From Promethearchaeota archaeon (GTDB lineage: Archaea; Asgardarchaeota; Lokiarchaeia; Sigyniarchaeales; SOKP01): 64,000 nucleotides of DNA. Made by a program: the position numbers and the translations under genes. This document shows, one piece after another, positions 1 through 11,072 of the stretch (position 1 is the stretch's first letter; each line of letters starts with the position of its first letter). The stretch covers positions 320,001-384,000 of the forward strand of contig JBHLNF010000002.1 of the NCBI GenBank assembly GCA_048937405.1, in the 5' to 3' direction. Below the pieces are notes generated by a model that worked only from the letters and a program-made list of their open reading frames with translations, did not search any database and was not told the DNA's origin.

Positions 1-169
1 TTACTATTTTATCTTAGATGCGATATCTAATATATTTGAGATATTTACCCAGTTTAGTCAAGCTTTACTTGCCCTTCATTCATTAAAATCAATTTATTGA
101 CAAATCAAAGAATCTTTTCAGATATTGGTCTCCAAATTTTTTATAACAGTTATTTTTTTAATTTCTAAT

Positions 170-802
170 ATGAATATGAGAAATGAAGTGGATGGTCTTT
201 TTGAATTAACTCCAGATTATGTTGAAAAGGCTATTACAGTGGCAGGGAGTGCTTTTCAAGATGATCCTATAATGGTATTTACATATCCTGATGAAGAAGA
301 AAGAAAACAAAATGCACAATATGGATTTTACATGCTCTATAGGTATGGAATAAAATTTGGACTCACTTATGCTACATCTAAGAACTTGGAAGGAATTACA
401 ATATGGCTCCCCCCTGATAGAATCTATCCTTCTACCTGGACAATGATGAAAATGGGTGGTTTTTATACTATGCGAAAAGTAGGGTTAAAACTAAAAGCAA
501 TGAAAAGATCTATGATGGTTTTTAAGTTTGAGGAAGAGAGACATAAAGAACTTGTACCCTATGATCATTGGTATTTCCAAAATATTGCCGTTAAACCAGA
601 AGAACAAGGAAAAGGATATGGGGGATTATTGATAAAGACTATGCTACACACAATTGAGAATGATGGATTACCAATTTATGTAGAAACTAACACTGAAAAA
701 GCCATGTTAATTTACCAGAAATATGGATTTGAAATACTAGAACACGTTGTAATCCCTGATACTGATATACCTCTTTGGTGTATGTTAAAAACATCAAAAT
801 AA
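170..802 (+). CDS. GNAT family N-acetyltransferase
   Basis: IAVKPEEQGKGYG acetyl-CoA motif and YQKYGFE; ATG at 170 preferred over TTG at 125; paralog of 21402..22034. Confidence 0.9.
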   Translation: MNMRNEVDGLFELTPDYVEKAITVAGSAFQDDPIMVFTYPDEEERKQNAQYGFYMLYRYGIKFGLTYATSKNLEGITIWLPPDRIYPSTWTMMKMGGFYTMRKVGLKLKAMKRSMMVFKFEEERHKELVPYDHWYFQNIAVKPEEQGKGYGGLLIKTMLHTIENDGLPIYVETNTEKAMLIYQKYGFEILEHVVIPDTDIPLWCMLKTSK

Positions 803-882
803 GCGTGATAAATGAATATAGTATATACAAAAAAAGTTCCATTAGACCCTTAGCTTTCTTTTGCAGAAGAATATCTAAGAAC

Positions 883-1392
883 TTATGCATCTAATTTGGT
901 TCCACAGTAAACACAATAGGTATCATTTCTACTATTTGCTTCGCCGCAATGAACACACAATACTTTTGATAAATGAGCAATTTGATGTCGTGAAATTTCT
1001 TGGATTTTATCAAGATTAGCTAAGAAAGTATAGTCAATTTCTTTAACCAGTTTCATTGGAGTAATGCCCATTTCATAAGCCCATTCTTTCATCATGTCTT
1101 TTGGTACTTTCGATGGGATACCCTTTCCAAAATTTGAGTATTTAACAGAAATGCTAACATAAGTAAGGCCATCAGAAGGATTATACCCAAAAGTCATTTC
1201 ATATGTTTCACCCATAGATGTACCATAAATATGCATTGAAGTACCATGACGTATCGTAAGTTTTCGATATAACTTATTTGTAGAGATGTATTGATCTTTT
1301 ATTTTACCCTTATGATTCCTAAAAAATACTAATGTTCTATTCCAGGTATCTTCTAAAGGTAAATTAAGTGCATGATAGCAATATCTTTTCAT
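883..1392 (-). CDS. Hypothetical protein with C-terminal double zinc ribbon
   Basis: CVHCG...CVYCG at C-terminus. Confidence 0.7.
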   Translation of the reverse strand: MKRYCYHALNLPLEDTWNRTLVFFRNHKGKIKDQYISTNKLYRKLTIRHGTSMHIYGTSMGETYEMTFGYNPSDGLTYVSISVKYSNFGKGIPSKVPKDMMKEWAYEMGITPMKLVKEIDYTFLANLDKIQEISRHQIAHLSKVLCVHCGEANSRNDTYCVYCGTKLDA

Positions 1393-1699
1393 AATTCAGT
1401 ATATTACAATCTTGTTTTAGACTTTATTGTTTTTCATAAACTTATAAATATTAGTTTAAAAAAAAAATTAAAATAAAATGGAGTCCAATTTTTCATTTAT
1501 AACTTTAATACTAAAAAAATAATTTCATGAATATACAACTCTAGGGGAGCATGGGTTTAGTTTAGAGTACTTTTATAAAAAATTACGAGCTATGACACCT
1601 TTAGAGTATGCATTGGGTTAAAAAGCATAAAATTAAGGAATTACCTTTTAATTTTTAATAATTTGATGTCATCCTGATTTATAATATTAATAATCAGTA

Positions 1700-2782
1700 T
1701 TATTTCGTTAGAGCCCAAATACAATTAATATTATCTTTGAAAATCCTCGCGTTTTTGAATTTTGTAGATTTTATAAACTGTTTAAAACTTTTTTCATTGT
1801 AATGCCTCGCACCAAAGAATACTTCATCCCATTTCAATATACCTTTCCCTAAAGTCTTAACCTTTTCTACTTCAAATGTATTGGGAACCATTTCCTCTCC
1901 CATAACTAAAACACCATCATCTTTTAATAATTTATATATTTCATCAATAAAATCCTTCCTATAGATATCATCACCTCTTATTTCATGAAGAACCTCATTT
2001 AGTAGAATTACATCAAACTTATTATCTTCATCTCTGAGAAGGTATTCTCTTACATTACAATTTACTACTTCAACCTGATTTTGCCAATTATTAATTTTAA
2101 TCAGTTCCTTAATTATTGATATTACAGTGGGATTAGGATCGATTGCGACAAAATTGGTATTTTTATATTTTTCCACCCAAATTTGCAGATTTATTCCAAT
2201 TCCACAGCCAATCTCAAGAATTTGACCTCCATTTCGCAATTTTTGATGATAATTTTTAAAATTTTTGGAAAATAACCTTAATCTTGCAATATTTTTAATT
2301 GTACTCAACTTTTGACCATCTCTGCTTGAGGCTTCACAAACTGCTCCATCCAAACGTTCGATGATTCGACCTGTTTTGAAGCTCTCAAAAATTAAATTCT
2401 GCAAGACTGCGTTTTTATAGACCCACCCATATAAATTTCCTAAGTAGAATGAAGAATCGGTATCCACAAAAAGTTCATAAATATATGGGGCAGTTTCAAG
2501 ATACCCATTTTTTTCTTGACTAACATTGAAGATACCTAATTCTAGAGCAATATGAAACCATGCATCCAAGAAAATTGGGTCTAACTTTAAATCATTTGCT
2601 ATAATATCTGGAGAAAAAATTATAATTTGCGTTTTCCCATTAACACCATCTGATTTTTCTTTTTTTAATAAATAATCAAAGATTCCAAGTCTTCTTCCTA
2701 AAGAAATCAATAATACAGAATAATATCCTTGAATACATTCCCGGCCATAATAATCAATTATTTTATTTAATTCTTGAATCAT
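1700..2782 (-). CDS. Class I SAM-dependent methyltransferase with N-terminal wHTH/dimerisation region
   Basis: ILEIGCGIG motif I, FDVILLNEVLHE. Confidence 0.85.
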   Translation of the reverse strand: MIQELNKIIDYYGRECIQGYYSVLLISLGRRLGIFDYLLKKEKSDGVNGKTQIIIFSPDIIANDLKLDPIFLDAWFHIALELGIFNVSQEKNGYLETAPYIYELFVDTDSSFYLGNLYGWVYKNAVLQNLIFESFKTGRIIERLDGAVCEASSRDGQKLSTIKNIARLRLFSKNFKNYHQKLRNGGQILEIGCGIGINLQIWVEKYKNTNFVAIDPNPTVISIIKELIKINNWQNQVEVVNCNVREYLLRDEDNKFDVILLNEVLHEIRGDDIYRKDFIDEIYKLLKDDGVLVMGEEMVPNTFEVEKVKTLGKGILKWDEVFFGARHYNEKSFKQFIKSTKFKNARIFKDNINCIWALTK

Positions 2783-2960
2783 TTTTACTATCTCGTCCTA
2801 ATTTTTGGATTGAATAATATGATTAAGTTTAACAAATAAATTTAATGAAAACACTTTATTTGAGTTAAAAAGAATGAAAAATTTTTATTTAAATCATTTT
2901 CAAAATTCATTTCATAAAAAATAAACCTTTAATCTCATATCGTATAATTAAACAGCAAAA

Positions 2961-3011
2961 AATGGAATGAATGGCACATTCAGAATCGAATCTAAATGAA
3001 AATTTCTTTGA
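2961..3011 (-). repeat. Cassette-boundary repeat copy R1 (degenerate)
   Basis: Reverse complement TCAAAGAAATTTTCATTTAGATTCGATTCTGAATGTGCCATTCATTCCATT matches family consensus. Confidence 0.7.
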
Positions 3012-3081
3012 GTTAAAATTGATAATAAAAAAGTATATTTCAACGTCTTGTCCTATTTATAAATAACGTATAACTTGGTGA

Positions 3082-3648
3082 TTGAGCTTTATTTTAATTC
3101 GTTTGATTGTGAGTGCTAGATTTAGAACGAATTGTTATCTTTTCGGAGATGAAAATACAAAAGAAATTGTTATTATTGACCCCGGGATTGATTCAAATAA
3201 TATCAAAAACCTTATTACTAGAGAAGGATACAAACCGGTTTATATAATAGGTACACATGCACACCATGACCATATTCAATGCGCTGCTGATGTTATGGAT
3301 TTTTATCATATTCCATTATTGATCAAGGATTTTGGGAATAGGAGTATTGAAACTATAAAACTCATTAAAGAAAATGATGTAATCAAAATTGGATCAGAAT
3401 GTCTTCATGTAATTGAAACACCAGGGCATTCCAAAAATGACATAATGCTGATTGATTACAATAACAAGCTTATCTTTACAGGAGATACTCTTTTGAGGGG
3501 AAGAATCCCTTGGCAACTAGTGAATTATGATGATTTGATGACTAGTATTAAAAAAATATTATACTATCCTAAAATTTCAGGTGAATTCAAAATCTATCCA
3601 GGTCACGGTAGTCATTCTACAATCGGCAAAGAAAGGTTGAATTATTAA
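3082..3648 (+). CDS. Metallo-beta-lactamase fold hydrolase (glyoxalase II-like)
   Basis: THAHHDH, TPGHS, FTGD and PGHG motifs. Confidence 0.9.
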   Translation: MSFILIRLIVSARFRTNCYLFGDENTKEIVIIDPGIDSNNIKNLITREGYKPVYIIGTHAHHDHIQCAADVMDFYHIPLLIKDFGNRSIETIKLIKENDVIKIGSECLHVIETPGHSKNDIMLIDYNNKLIFTGDTLLRGRIPWQLVNYDDLMTSIKKILYYPKISGEFKIYPGHGSHSTIGKERLNY

Positions 3649-3673
3649 TTTTATGTTAATTGTATTGGATAGA

Positions 3674-3710
3674 TAAATTTCAAGTCTGATTTCAATGAAA
3701 ATTTAGTAAA
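3674..3710 (-). repeat. Cassette-boundary repeat copy R2
   Basis: Reverse complement TTTACTAAATTTTCATTGAAATCAGACTTGAAATTTA. Confidence 0.85.
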
Positions 3711-3754
3711 ATCATGTGGATATTAATAAGGGTTCTCCTAAACAAATGATGTTC

Positions 3755-4669
3755 TTATAAGCCTCGAAGATAATCAGGTCGACGCATTTTTGGGTTTTTA
3801 ATACCCATTTCAATTGCTTTAAGAAATTGTTTTTTATCTCGACTTAATTCTCCTTTCAAATTTAGATAATTTGAAGCATGATTTGTGTTAAATACACATT
3901 TCTGCAAATCATCAGAGGTATGTTCTATCATCGTATATAATTCTTCTAAAATTTGGGTGCTTGAACATGGGTGGAATTCTTCATTTGCTTGTTGAGTCCA
4001 CAATTCAGATCCTGGAGTAACCCTTAAGGTTAAGGGTGAGATATACCAAGGAATTGGAGTTGGTGGAGACATCCTATTAATTAATTTTGCAGATTCAATC
4101 GCATGTTTTCGACTTTTTTCAGGATCATTTCCAGCAAGTCCTAATAAAAATATACCGGACCAAGAAATTCCTGCTTTATGACACTTTTGAGCTGCGAGGG
4201 CAAACTCATCCTGCGTGGTTCCCTTTTTACAATTTTTTAGAACATCATTATCTCCACTTTCGATACCCACGTAAACCATTGTAAATCCACTATCTGCTAT
4301 TCTTTTTAAATCTTCGTCCGATTTTTTTATGATATCTTTAGCATGAGCATAAGCACTTACTTTCTTGAGATTCGGATGAATTCTATAACAATATTTAGTC
4401 AGTTCAATGAGGACCTCAGGTTTAACAACAAACGCATTTCCATCTTCAAAAAAGACTTTACGTATGCGATTTCCATACACAACTCTCGCAACTTTAATAT
4501 CCTCTTTAATTTCTTCAAGATTTCTGCGAATTGAGAATGTTTTTGACCGATACATGGAACAAAAGGTACATCTATGGGTGCAGCCATTTGTTATTGCAAT
4601 CAATAAGGCATCCCACTCCGAAGGTGGTCTAAAGACGGGATCTTCCAAATTACCTACTACATAATTCAT
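3755..4669 (-). CDS. Radical SAM protein (copy 1 of tandem pair)
   Basis: CTHRCTFC CxxxCxxC motif; FRPPSE and HASNY family motifs. Confidence 0.9.
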   Translation of the reverse strand: MNYVVGNLEDPVFRPPSEWDALLIAITNGCTHRCTFCSMYRSKTFSIRRNLEEIKEDIKVARVVYGNRIRKVFFEDGNAFVVKPEVLIELTKYCYRIHPNLKKVSAYAHAKDIIKKSDEDLKRIADSGFTMVYVGIESGDNDVLKNCKKGTTQDEFALAAQKCHKAGISWSGIFLLGLAGNDPEKSRKHAIESAKLINRMSPPTPIPWYISPLTLRVTPGSELWTQQANEEFHPCSSTQILEELYTMIEHTSDDLQKCVFNTNHASNYLNLKGELSRDKKQFLKAIEMGIKNPKMRRPDYLRGL

Positions 4670-4847
4670 GATTACTTCTGTTTATAAGATGATTTCGTAC
4701 TATTATTTTAACTATAGTTATTTAATTCAATTTGAACTTATTGGAAAAAATATTGAATTACTGAAAAAGTTATTACTTACATCTGCTAAATGATTATCAA
4801 ATTTCTTTTTTATTTTAAAAATTAGCTTAAAATCTATAAATTACACT

Positions 4848-4889
4848 GAAAGGTTGCACAGAGTCGGATTTCAATGGAAAATTTTTAAA
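4848..4889 (-). repeat. Cassette-boundary repeat copy R3
   Basis: Reverse complement TTTAAAAATTTTCCATTGAAATCCGACTCTGTGCAACCTTTC. Confidence 0.75.
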
Positions 4890-4934
4890 GCGATTTGAAT
4901 AATTGAAAAGAACCCTTTTAAACAGATGAAATTT

Positions 4935-5849
4935 TTAGAACCCACGAAGATAATCAGGTCGACGAAATTGTGGATATATAATACCCAGTTCAACTGCTTT
5001 AAGAAATTGTGCTTTATCTCTGCTTAACTCTCCCCTTAAATTTAAATAATTTGAAGGATGATATGTGCTAAATACACACTTCTGCAAATCATCAGAGGTG
5101 TGTTTTATCATCGTATATAATTCTTGTAAAATTTGAGTACTTGAACATAACTGGAATTCTCCATTTGTCTGTTGAGTCCACAGCTCAGATCCTGGAGTAG
5201 GATTTAAGGTTAAGGGTGAGATATACCAAGGAATTGGGGTTGGTGGAGCCATTCGATTAATTAATTTTGCTGACTCAATCGCATGTTTTCGACTTTTTTC
5301 AGGATCATTTCCGGCAAGGCCTAATAGAAATATACCAAACCATGCAATGCCTGCTTTATGACATTTTTGGGCAGCGAGAGCAAGCTCATCTTGGGTAGTT
5401 CCCTTTTTACATTTTTTTAGAACATCATCATCTCCACTTTCGATACCCACGTAAACCATTGTAAATCCACTATCTGCTATTTTTTTTAAATCTTCATCCG
5501 ACTTGTTTATTATATCTTTAGCATGGGCATACGCACTTACTTTCTTGAGATTCGGATGGATTTCATAACAGAATTCCGTAAGTTCAATGAGAACCTCCGA
5601 TTTAACAACAAACGCATTTCCGTCTTCGAAAAATACTTTGCGAATACGATCTCCATATACAGCTTCCGCTATTTTAATATCACCTTTAATTTCTTCGAGA
5701 TTTCTACGAATTGAAAACGTTTTTGACCGATACATGGAACAAAAGGTACATCTATGGGTGCAGCCATTCGTTATTGCAATCAATAAGGCATCCCACTCTG
5801 GGGGTGGTCTATATACTGGTTCCTCCAAATTTCCAACTCTAAAATTCAT
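4935..5849 (-). CDS. Radical SAM protein (copy 2 of tandem pair)
   Basis: Same length (304 aa) and collinear with 3755..4669; CxxxCxxC. Confidence 0.9.
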   Translation of the reverse strand: MNFRVGNLEEPVYRPPPEWDALLIAITNGCTHRCTFCSMYRSKTFSIRRNLEEIKGDIKIAEAVYGDRIRKVFFEDGNAFVVKSEVLIELTEFCYEIHPNLKKVSAYAHAKDIINKSDEDLKKIADSGFTMVYVGIESGDDDVLKKCKKGTTQDELALAAQKCHKAGIAWFGIFLLGLAGNDPEKSRKHAIESAKLINRMAPPTPIPWYISPLTLNPTPGSELWTQQTNGEFQLCSSTQILQELYTMIKHTSDDLQKCVFSTYHPSNYLNLRGELSRDKAQFLKAVELGIIYPQFRRPDYLRGF

Positions 5850-6598
5850 GATTCCTTTAAGGTATACGTTAATGTTTAACCTTTCCTTCAGTCAGTTTTT
5901 ATTCCATTAGAAGTTAATATTTATAGTATTGAATTACTGAAAAAGTTATAAGGAAAACTAAAGCCTCATTAAATGTCTTATCGATCCAATAACCTCAAAA
6001 AATTAAGGAAAAATCGGTTTAACAAGATATTAAGAGAAATTTCTATTTACAAATTCATTATTGAGGGAGGTGATTTTTCTAAAAAGTATCTTTGGGTAAA
6101 ATATAATAAGATATTCAGTTTTGTATGCTTTAATAGGATACTAAAATTATATCGGAAAATCATACTTATTATCTACATAATAGACAAGTTAAAGTATTAT
6201 TCTATATTTTATTGAATAGAAGGGTAATATACACTAATTTGAGCAAACATTGGATTTCGCCCTCTATAAACCTTTCAATAGGTTTTTCTCTCCCTAAAAT
6301 TTTAGCTCAAATTTTTATTCCCTTCTCTTACTTACTTTTTTAATATTCACAATTAGTACTTTTAAATTCCCTAATTTCAATCTTTAATTGTAAATTAATC
6401 ATATCAATTGAAATCTCAACCACACTTTTTTCATTATACAATCATAAAATCTTCAAATAATATATAGCAATAAGATTTTTTTTGTTTCTCATATGTTCTT
6501 TATTATAGTTTTAATGAATAGTTAAAATATAATTTAATTAGCTTCACTCAAATTCTATTGAATTTTTAATGTAAGCTGCTTATCTTATATGAAAAGAA

Positions 6599-8992
6599 GT
6601 GAGAATGATAAAAGAAAATGCGAATCTCCCTACAAGGGTACAAAAATTTGGAAATGAGACGCAAGATACTTCTGGGTCACATATAACCGTTGTAAGAATG
6701 TATGCAGATCGAGCTTATATCGGAATTCCCGAGTTACTAAAAGAAGTTATCGATGATTCCAACAGGGAATCTTGGAGAAAAATATGCACAAAGATAGATT
6801 ATATTTACGAGAATTTAAACCATATTTTCAGAGCGCTCGGGGAAGAAACAAGGATAAAAGAGAAACTCCGTTTAGATCTCGAAAAGGGGAAGATCCTTCT
6901 TTTTAAACCAAACATAGTAAATCCTATGGTCATTGATCCTATTACCCATAATGAGGGAATTGCTACTAAGGTTTCTACAGAGTGGGCTCTCGTAGCCGCC
7001 TTGATGAGATGGATTCATGACAATTTTGATGTTTCATATCATCAGATGGCTTTGGGTGAAGCCGCTACCCTCATTTCTATGTATACAGGATTATATAATA
7101 TAAATCTTGATTTAAAAAAAAAAATAACCACAGAAGCCATCATCGAAGGCAAAAGTGGAGACTTTTATGGAGGGTGGGGTTTTTATTTTGTAAGAAAATA
7201 TCTATCTGAAAATCATCAACCTTCTCATGACGACGATCCAATGCATGGATATGAGGAAAGTGTCCTAGGAACCTATATATCTCCGGGTAGAGCATATAAC
7301 AAGCTCATGGTCTACGATTTGAATCGTGTTTATGATTTAAAAGATAAGGCCAGAACAATTCCAGTTCCTGATGGTGTAAACTTTAAAGAAATAACCCTTC
7401 ACAAAATAATAGTTGGAGGAGATCCAGATAATCCAAAAGATGCTACTGATTATCCTGGGTGCATCCTAATCAACATTCCCAGACTCAAGTTACATATGCT
7501 CGAACTTCTAACAAATGCAATCAAGAATCTAGGAATGGGACTTTATCCAATGCAAGCAACCAAAAAGGATGATCCCCAGAACCTCAGATGGAAATATAGT
7601 TTTCCTCATAATCTAATACCAGGATTAAAAGCAGAACTCCCTCATGAGATTTGGCACCCTATATGGGAGGAAGAAACCAATCTTCCATTACGAGATCAAA
7701 ACGGCAATTATCTAGTGAATAAAACAGGTGGAATCTACGCTACACAATCCGACATGATCAAGGCGATTATGAATCAGGATATATTAATGATTCATATTGT
7801 AGATGCCATTCAAGCGTTGAATCTTAGTCACACTGGCGGCGGAGTAAAGGTCCCTGAAGGCTTAATCCTTGCTTCTCTCGATCCTGTAGCTTTGGATCTT
7901 CTTTGTGCCAGATACTGTTTTAAAATGGTACCTATAAGGGAAGCATGCGAGCTTCAGAAGAAAATGGGATTAAAAAGTGACTTTTTACAGAGAGTAAGGA
8001 TTCCGAGAGTAGATGGAAAAAACATTTCAAGTGTAGAAGGATTTGATTCTCCACTCCCTAGGTATAAGCTATATGAATATGCGGAATCCAGAGGATTAGG
8101 ACAACAAAAATATTATGTTAAAGGATGGGATGCTATAGGAGATGTCTCTCTTGTTTCGATGCAAGGTCATCTCGGCTGGTTTGAAGATAGAAAATTTTGT
8201 GAGTTAATGACTTCAGAATTTTATTATAATCCCGCTGCTATGATCTGGGGGCTTCAAAAAACAGTAATAGCCTATTTAGAAGCAAATGATTTACTCACGG
8301 GATCATCATATCGAAAGATGTTATTCAACCTTTTTGATGAGAACCATGATGGCATAATTGATTATGATGAGAAAGGTAAGCTGGGTTGCTCAATGCCCCT
8401 CATAAGACTTAGAAGCATTCATCACACAATCCAAGGCACTGAGAGATATGGATTCTTACATGGACCATTTGAAAGTATAGGGATGATGAAATATGAAAAA
8501 AAGGAGTGGAATGCTCATGGACACGACTTTTCTAAAGATTTTGAGCTTTCTTTTAAAATTGCATTGGCATATAATATGTCCCAAATGCAAAATGAGCAAT
8601 CAGACCCTTTCTTCCACACAATGACTTGGGGTAACGGCAAGTGGCCGAGTCTCCAGTATGCCACTTTCTTTTCAATATTAATAGGTATATACGGCCCTCG
8701 ATTTCCAACAACTATAAGTATTTCCTCCTTATATGGTTTTGCTTTCCAATATGCAGATAAGACGTTGAATAACTCATATTATACAGGGGATATAGGCATG
8801 CCCAGTGACCCTGAAGCCGTTAACCATTATATCCAAGCTGTTCAAGAGGGTAAGGATCAACTAGACTTTGTAGTTTATGTTCCTAAGGGATTTGGTACAA
8901 TAAACGGAAAAATCTTACCTAATATTGTGGAAACGGATGATTCTCATAGAATTTTTACAGCTAGATTTGATAATGGTCAAGAAGTTTGGTAA
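6599..8992 (+). CDS. Large DUF362-like protein (probable Fe-S)
   Basis: LLFKPNIV, LINIPRLKLH...TNAIKNLG, IVDA and ASLDPVALD DUF362 motifs. Confidence 0.7.
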   Translation: MRMIKENANLPTRVQKFGNETQDTSGSHITVVRMYADRAYIGIPELLKEVIDDSNRESWRKICTKIDYIYENLNHIFRALGEETRIKEKLRLDLEKGKILLFKPNIVNPMVIDPITHNEGIATKVSTEWALVAALMRWIHDNFDVSYHQMALGEAATLISMYTGLYNINLDLKKKITTEAIIEGKSGDFYGGWGFYFVRKYLSENHQPSHDDDPMHGYEESVLGTYISPGRAYNKLMVYDLNRVYDLKDKARTIPVPDGVNFKEITLHKIIVGGDPDNPKDATDYPGCILINIPRLKLHMLELLTNAIKNLGMGLYPMQATKKDDPQNLRWKYSFPHNLIPGLKAELPHEIWHPIWEEETNLPLRDQNGNYLVNKTGGIYATQSDMIKAIMNQDILMIHIVDAIQALNLSHTGGGVKVPEGLILASLDPVALDLLCARYCFKMVPIREACELQKKMGLKSDFLQRVRIPRVDGKNISSVEGFDSPLPRYKLYEYAESRGLGQQKYYVKGWDAIGDVSLVSMQGHLGWFEDRKFCELMTSEFYYNPAAMIWGLQKTVIAYLEANDLLTGSSYRKMLFNLFDENHDGIIDYDEKGKLGCSMPLIRLRSIHHTIQGTERYGFLHGPFESIGMMKYEKKEWNAHGHDFSKDFELSFKIALAYNMSQMQNEQSDPFFHTMTWGNGKWPSLQYATFFSILIGIYGPRFPTTISISSLYGFAFQYADKTLNNSYYTGDIGMPSDPEAVNHYIQAVQEGKDQLDFVVYVPKGFGTINGKILPNIVETDDSHRIFTARFDNGQEVW

Positions 8993-9084
8993 TAGACAGG
9001 AAGCCTGAGCTCTTAAGGATTATTTCTAAAATTTTTGTATTGTTGAGCCTCTTATAAGACAAAATATTAAAGAAAAAAAAAGAA

Positions 9085-9448
9085 TTATCTGCTTATAAGA
9101 GCACCAATTAAAGTAATAATAAATACTCCAATAGCTATAAAAAAGCCATTTCCCAATCTCCACGCCCAATCTCCTCCCAATCCTAAATCTTCACTTCCCC
9201 GAAACACAATATAATCCTCATGAATCAACCAACTTAAACCTTCTAAAATATCCTCGAAATTTTCAATTACCGCTAATCTATAGCAAAAGAGTCCTAAGCT
9301 ACCGACCACGACAAACGCAAATACGATTGAAAGTTCTTTTTTTCTTTAATAGCAGAAACAATTATTAATACTGAATCCGATTAAAAATAATTCCTCCGAT
9401 TAGAAGTAAAGGTTCATGAAATTCAGAATTAACTGAATCATCGGACAC
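9085..9448 (-). pseudogene. Frameshifted small membrane protein remnant
   Basis: Hydrophobic reading continues upstream of the 9085..9309 ORF only through several frame changes. Confidence 0.4.
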
Positions 9449-9593
9449 TTAACTCAACTCGACTCTATTACTTTAATTAGAAATTACACTTCTTCAAATT
9501 ATGCATTTGTGTTTTCAAAAAACCAATATTCAATTTATTTAAATCTATTGAATTGTGAGTTTTTAAATAACAAATCTTTTCTTATCATTTTGC

Positions 9594-10118
9594 ATGACAA
9601 AAAATAAAAAAAAAATACTCCTTCTAGGTCTGGCAAATAGTGGAAAAACATCTATCGCTCTTTCAATGCAAAATATTACAGATTTGGTATCGTATACTGC
9701 CTTACAACCAACAAGAGGACTAGAGATTTCGGAGTTTGAGAATGACGACACAGAATTTTTCATATGGGATTTTGGGGGACAAGAAAAATATAGAGAACAA
9801 TACAAACAAAAGTTAAATAAATATATCGCCGAAACAAGTGAGATTATATATGTTATCGATATCCAAGATGATAATGTATTTTTTATATCTGTTGTTTTCT
9901 TAAGAGAAATCTTAAATATATTAAAAACTGCTGGTTTTAAGTTTGAATTATCCATATATTTTCATAAATTTGATGATAACTTCAAACCAGATGAAGAAAA
10001 AATCAAAGATTTATTGAAAATTATTAAAGAAGAAATTCCTGAAGGGTTTACCTATAAAATTTATCATACCAAAATACATGCCCTTTTTGAAAAAAACCTC
10101 TCACCCTATACTATATAA
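9594..10118 (+). CDS. Small GTPase, Arf/Rag-like (Asgard eukaryotic signature protein)
   Basis: GLANSGKTS (G1), PT (G2), WDFGGQ (G3), HKFD (G4). Confidence 0.85.
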   Translation: MTKNKKKILLLGLANSGKTSIALSMQNITDLVSYTALQPTRGLEISEFENDDTEFFIWDFGGQEKYREQYKQKLNKYIAETSEIIYVIDIQDDNVFFISVVFLREILNILKTAGFKFELSIYFHKFDDNFKPDEEKIKDLLKIIKEEIPEGFTYKIYHTKIHALFEKNLSPYTI

Positions 10119-10269
10119 AGTTTTCTGATGCTTTGGGAAAATAATGCAATCTATAAATTTTGATTTAAATTCCCCAAAATATTAATTCTGGGATTACTGG
10201 TTATTTTTGCAATTAATTCGTCTTGTGATAATTTTACCATAATATAAATTGATGATGAGGCAGAATGAA

Positions 10270-10764
10270 TTAATATTGCGATAAGAACTCCTCAACATCC
10301 TTTATGAAGTTCATTGTTCCTTTTTCTATTTGCCCAGTTAATGCATCTAAATCTCGAAAATCCGGATTGTCAACTAACACATATTCTACCACAGAATCAA
10401 TCCCTTGTATACTCGATGGAATACGGTATTTATCCCACCCTTTTTCCCTCACCAAATCCCAATATTCTTTCTGAACAGTCTTATTGTATCCTCCCAACCA
10501 TACTTCAAACTTGAATTCCTCATGCAGAAAGACAATCGCAACTCTCAATTTTCGAGCTTTCAATAAAGGGGGGTTGACCGCGAAATATGTCATATCCATA
10601 TATCCAAAATAAATCCCACCTGACACTGCGTACTTGGGATGCTTCTTTTTAAAATACGCTCTCAATGATCCAAAATATTCCATTAATCCTCGATATGCTT
10701 TCTGAATTATCCCCTTCCTTAACTGGTTTCGATATTCAATGATACTGTCATAAAATGAACTCAT
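10270..10764 (-). CDS. Conserved hypothetical protein (DUF7000-like)
   Basis: YFGYMDMTYF and FEVWLGGYN motifs recalled from a bacterial family. Confidence 0.55.
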   Translation of the reverse strand: MSSFYDSIIEYRNQLRKGIIQKAYRGLMEYFGSLRAYFKKKHPKYAVSGGIYFGYMDMTYFAVNPPLLKARKLRVAIVFLHEEFKFEVWLGGYNKTVQKEYWDLVREKGWDKYRIPSSIQGIDSVVEYVLVDNPDFRDLDALTGQIEKGTMNFIKDVEEFLSQY

Positions 10765-10838
10765 ATATACACATTGTGGTCAATATTTTATATTTGATTG
10801 TATTCCATTATTTCCACAGATTAACTAAAGAGTTAAGA

Positions 10839-10880
10839 TTCACTGAATTTTCATTGAAATCAGACTCTGAATTTGACATT
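10839..10880 (+). repeat. Cassette-boundary repeat copy R4
   Basis: TTCACTGAATTTTCATTGAAATCAGACTCTGAATTTGACATT; perfect core. Confidence 0.9.
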
Positions 10881-11072
10881 CAAGATTCTTTTAAAATAAT
10901 TATCCGAATCAAAATGTTTGAAATTAAATATGTAATCTCACATAGTTTATTGTTCTGATCAGAACTAATAAATAAATTTAAATATAAATATCACTTACTT
11001 TTTTGCAGAAATCCTTAAAGATTAGAAGACAATATTAGAATCAAAATTAGTAATTAATTAAGGGCACTATAA

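Noticed and set aside
5973-6435. 80-aa plus ORF and broken minus-strand reading frames
   Set aside because: Low-complexity AT-rich sequence with no recognisable family; may be gene debris.
10755-10958. 67-aa ORF spanning R4
   Set aside because: Translates through the repeat in an intergenic region; probably spurious.
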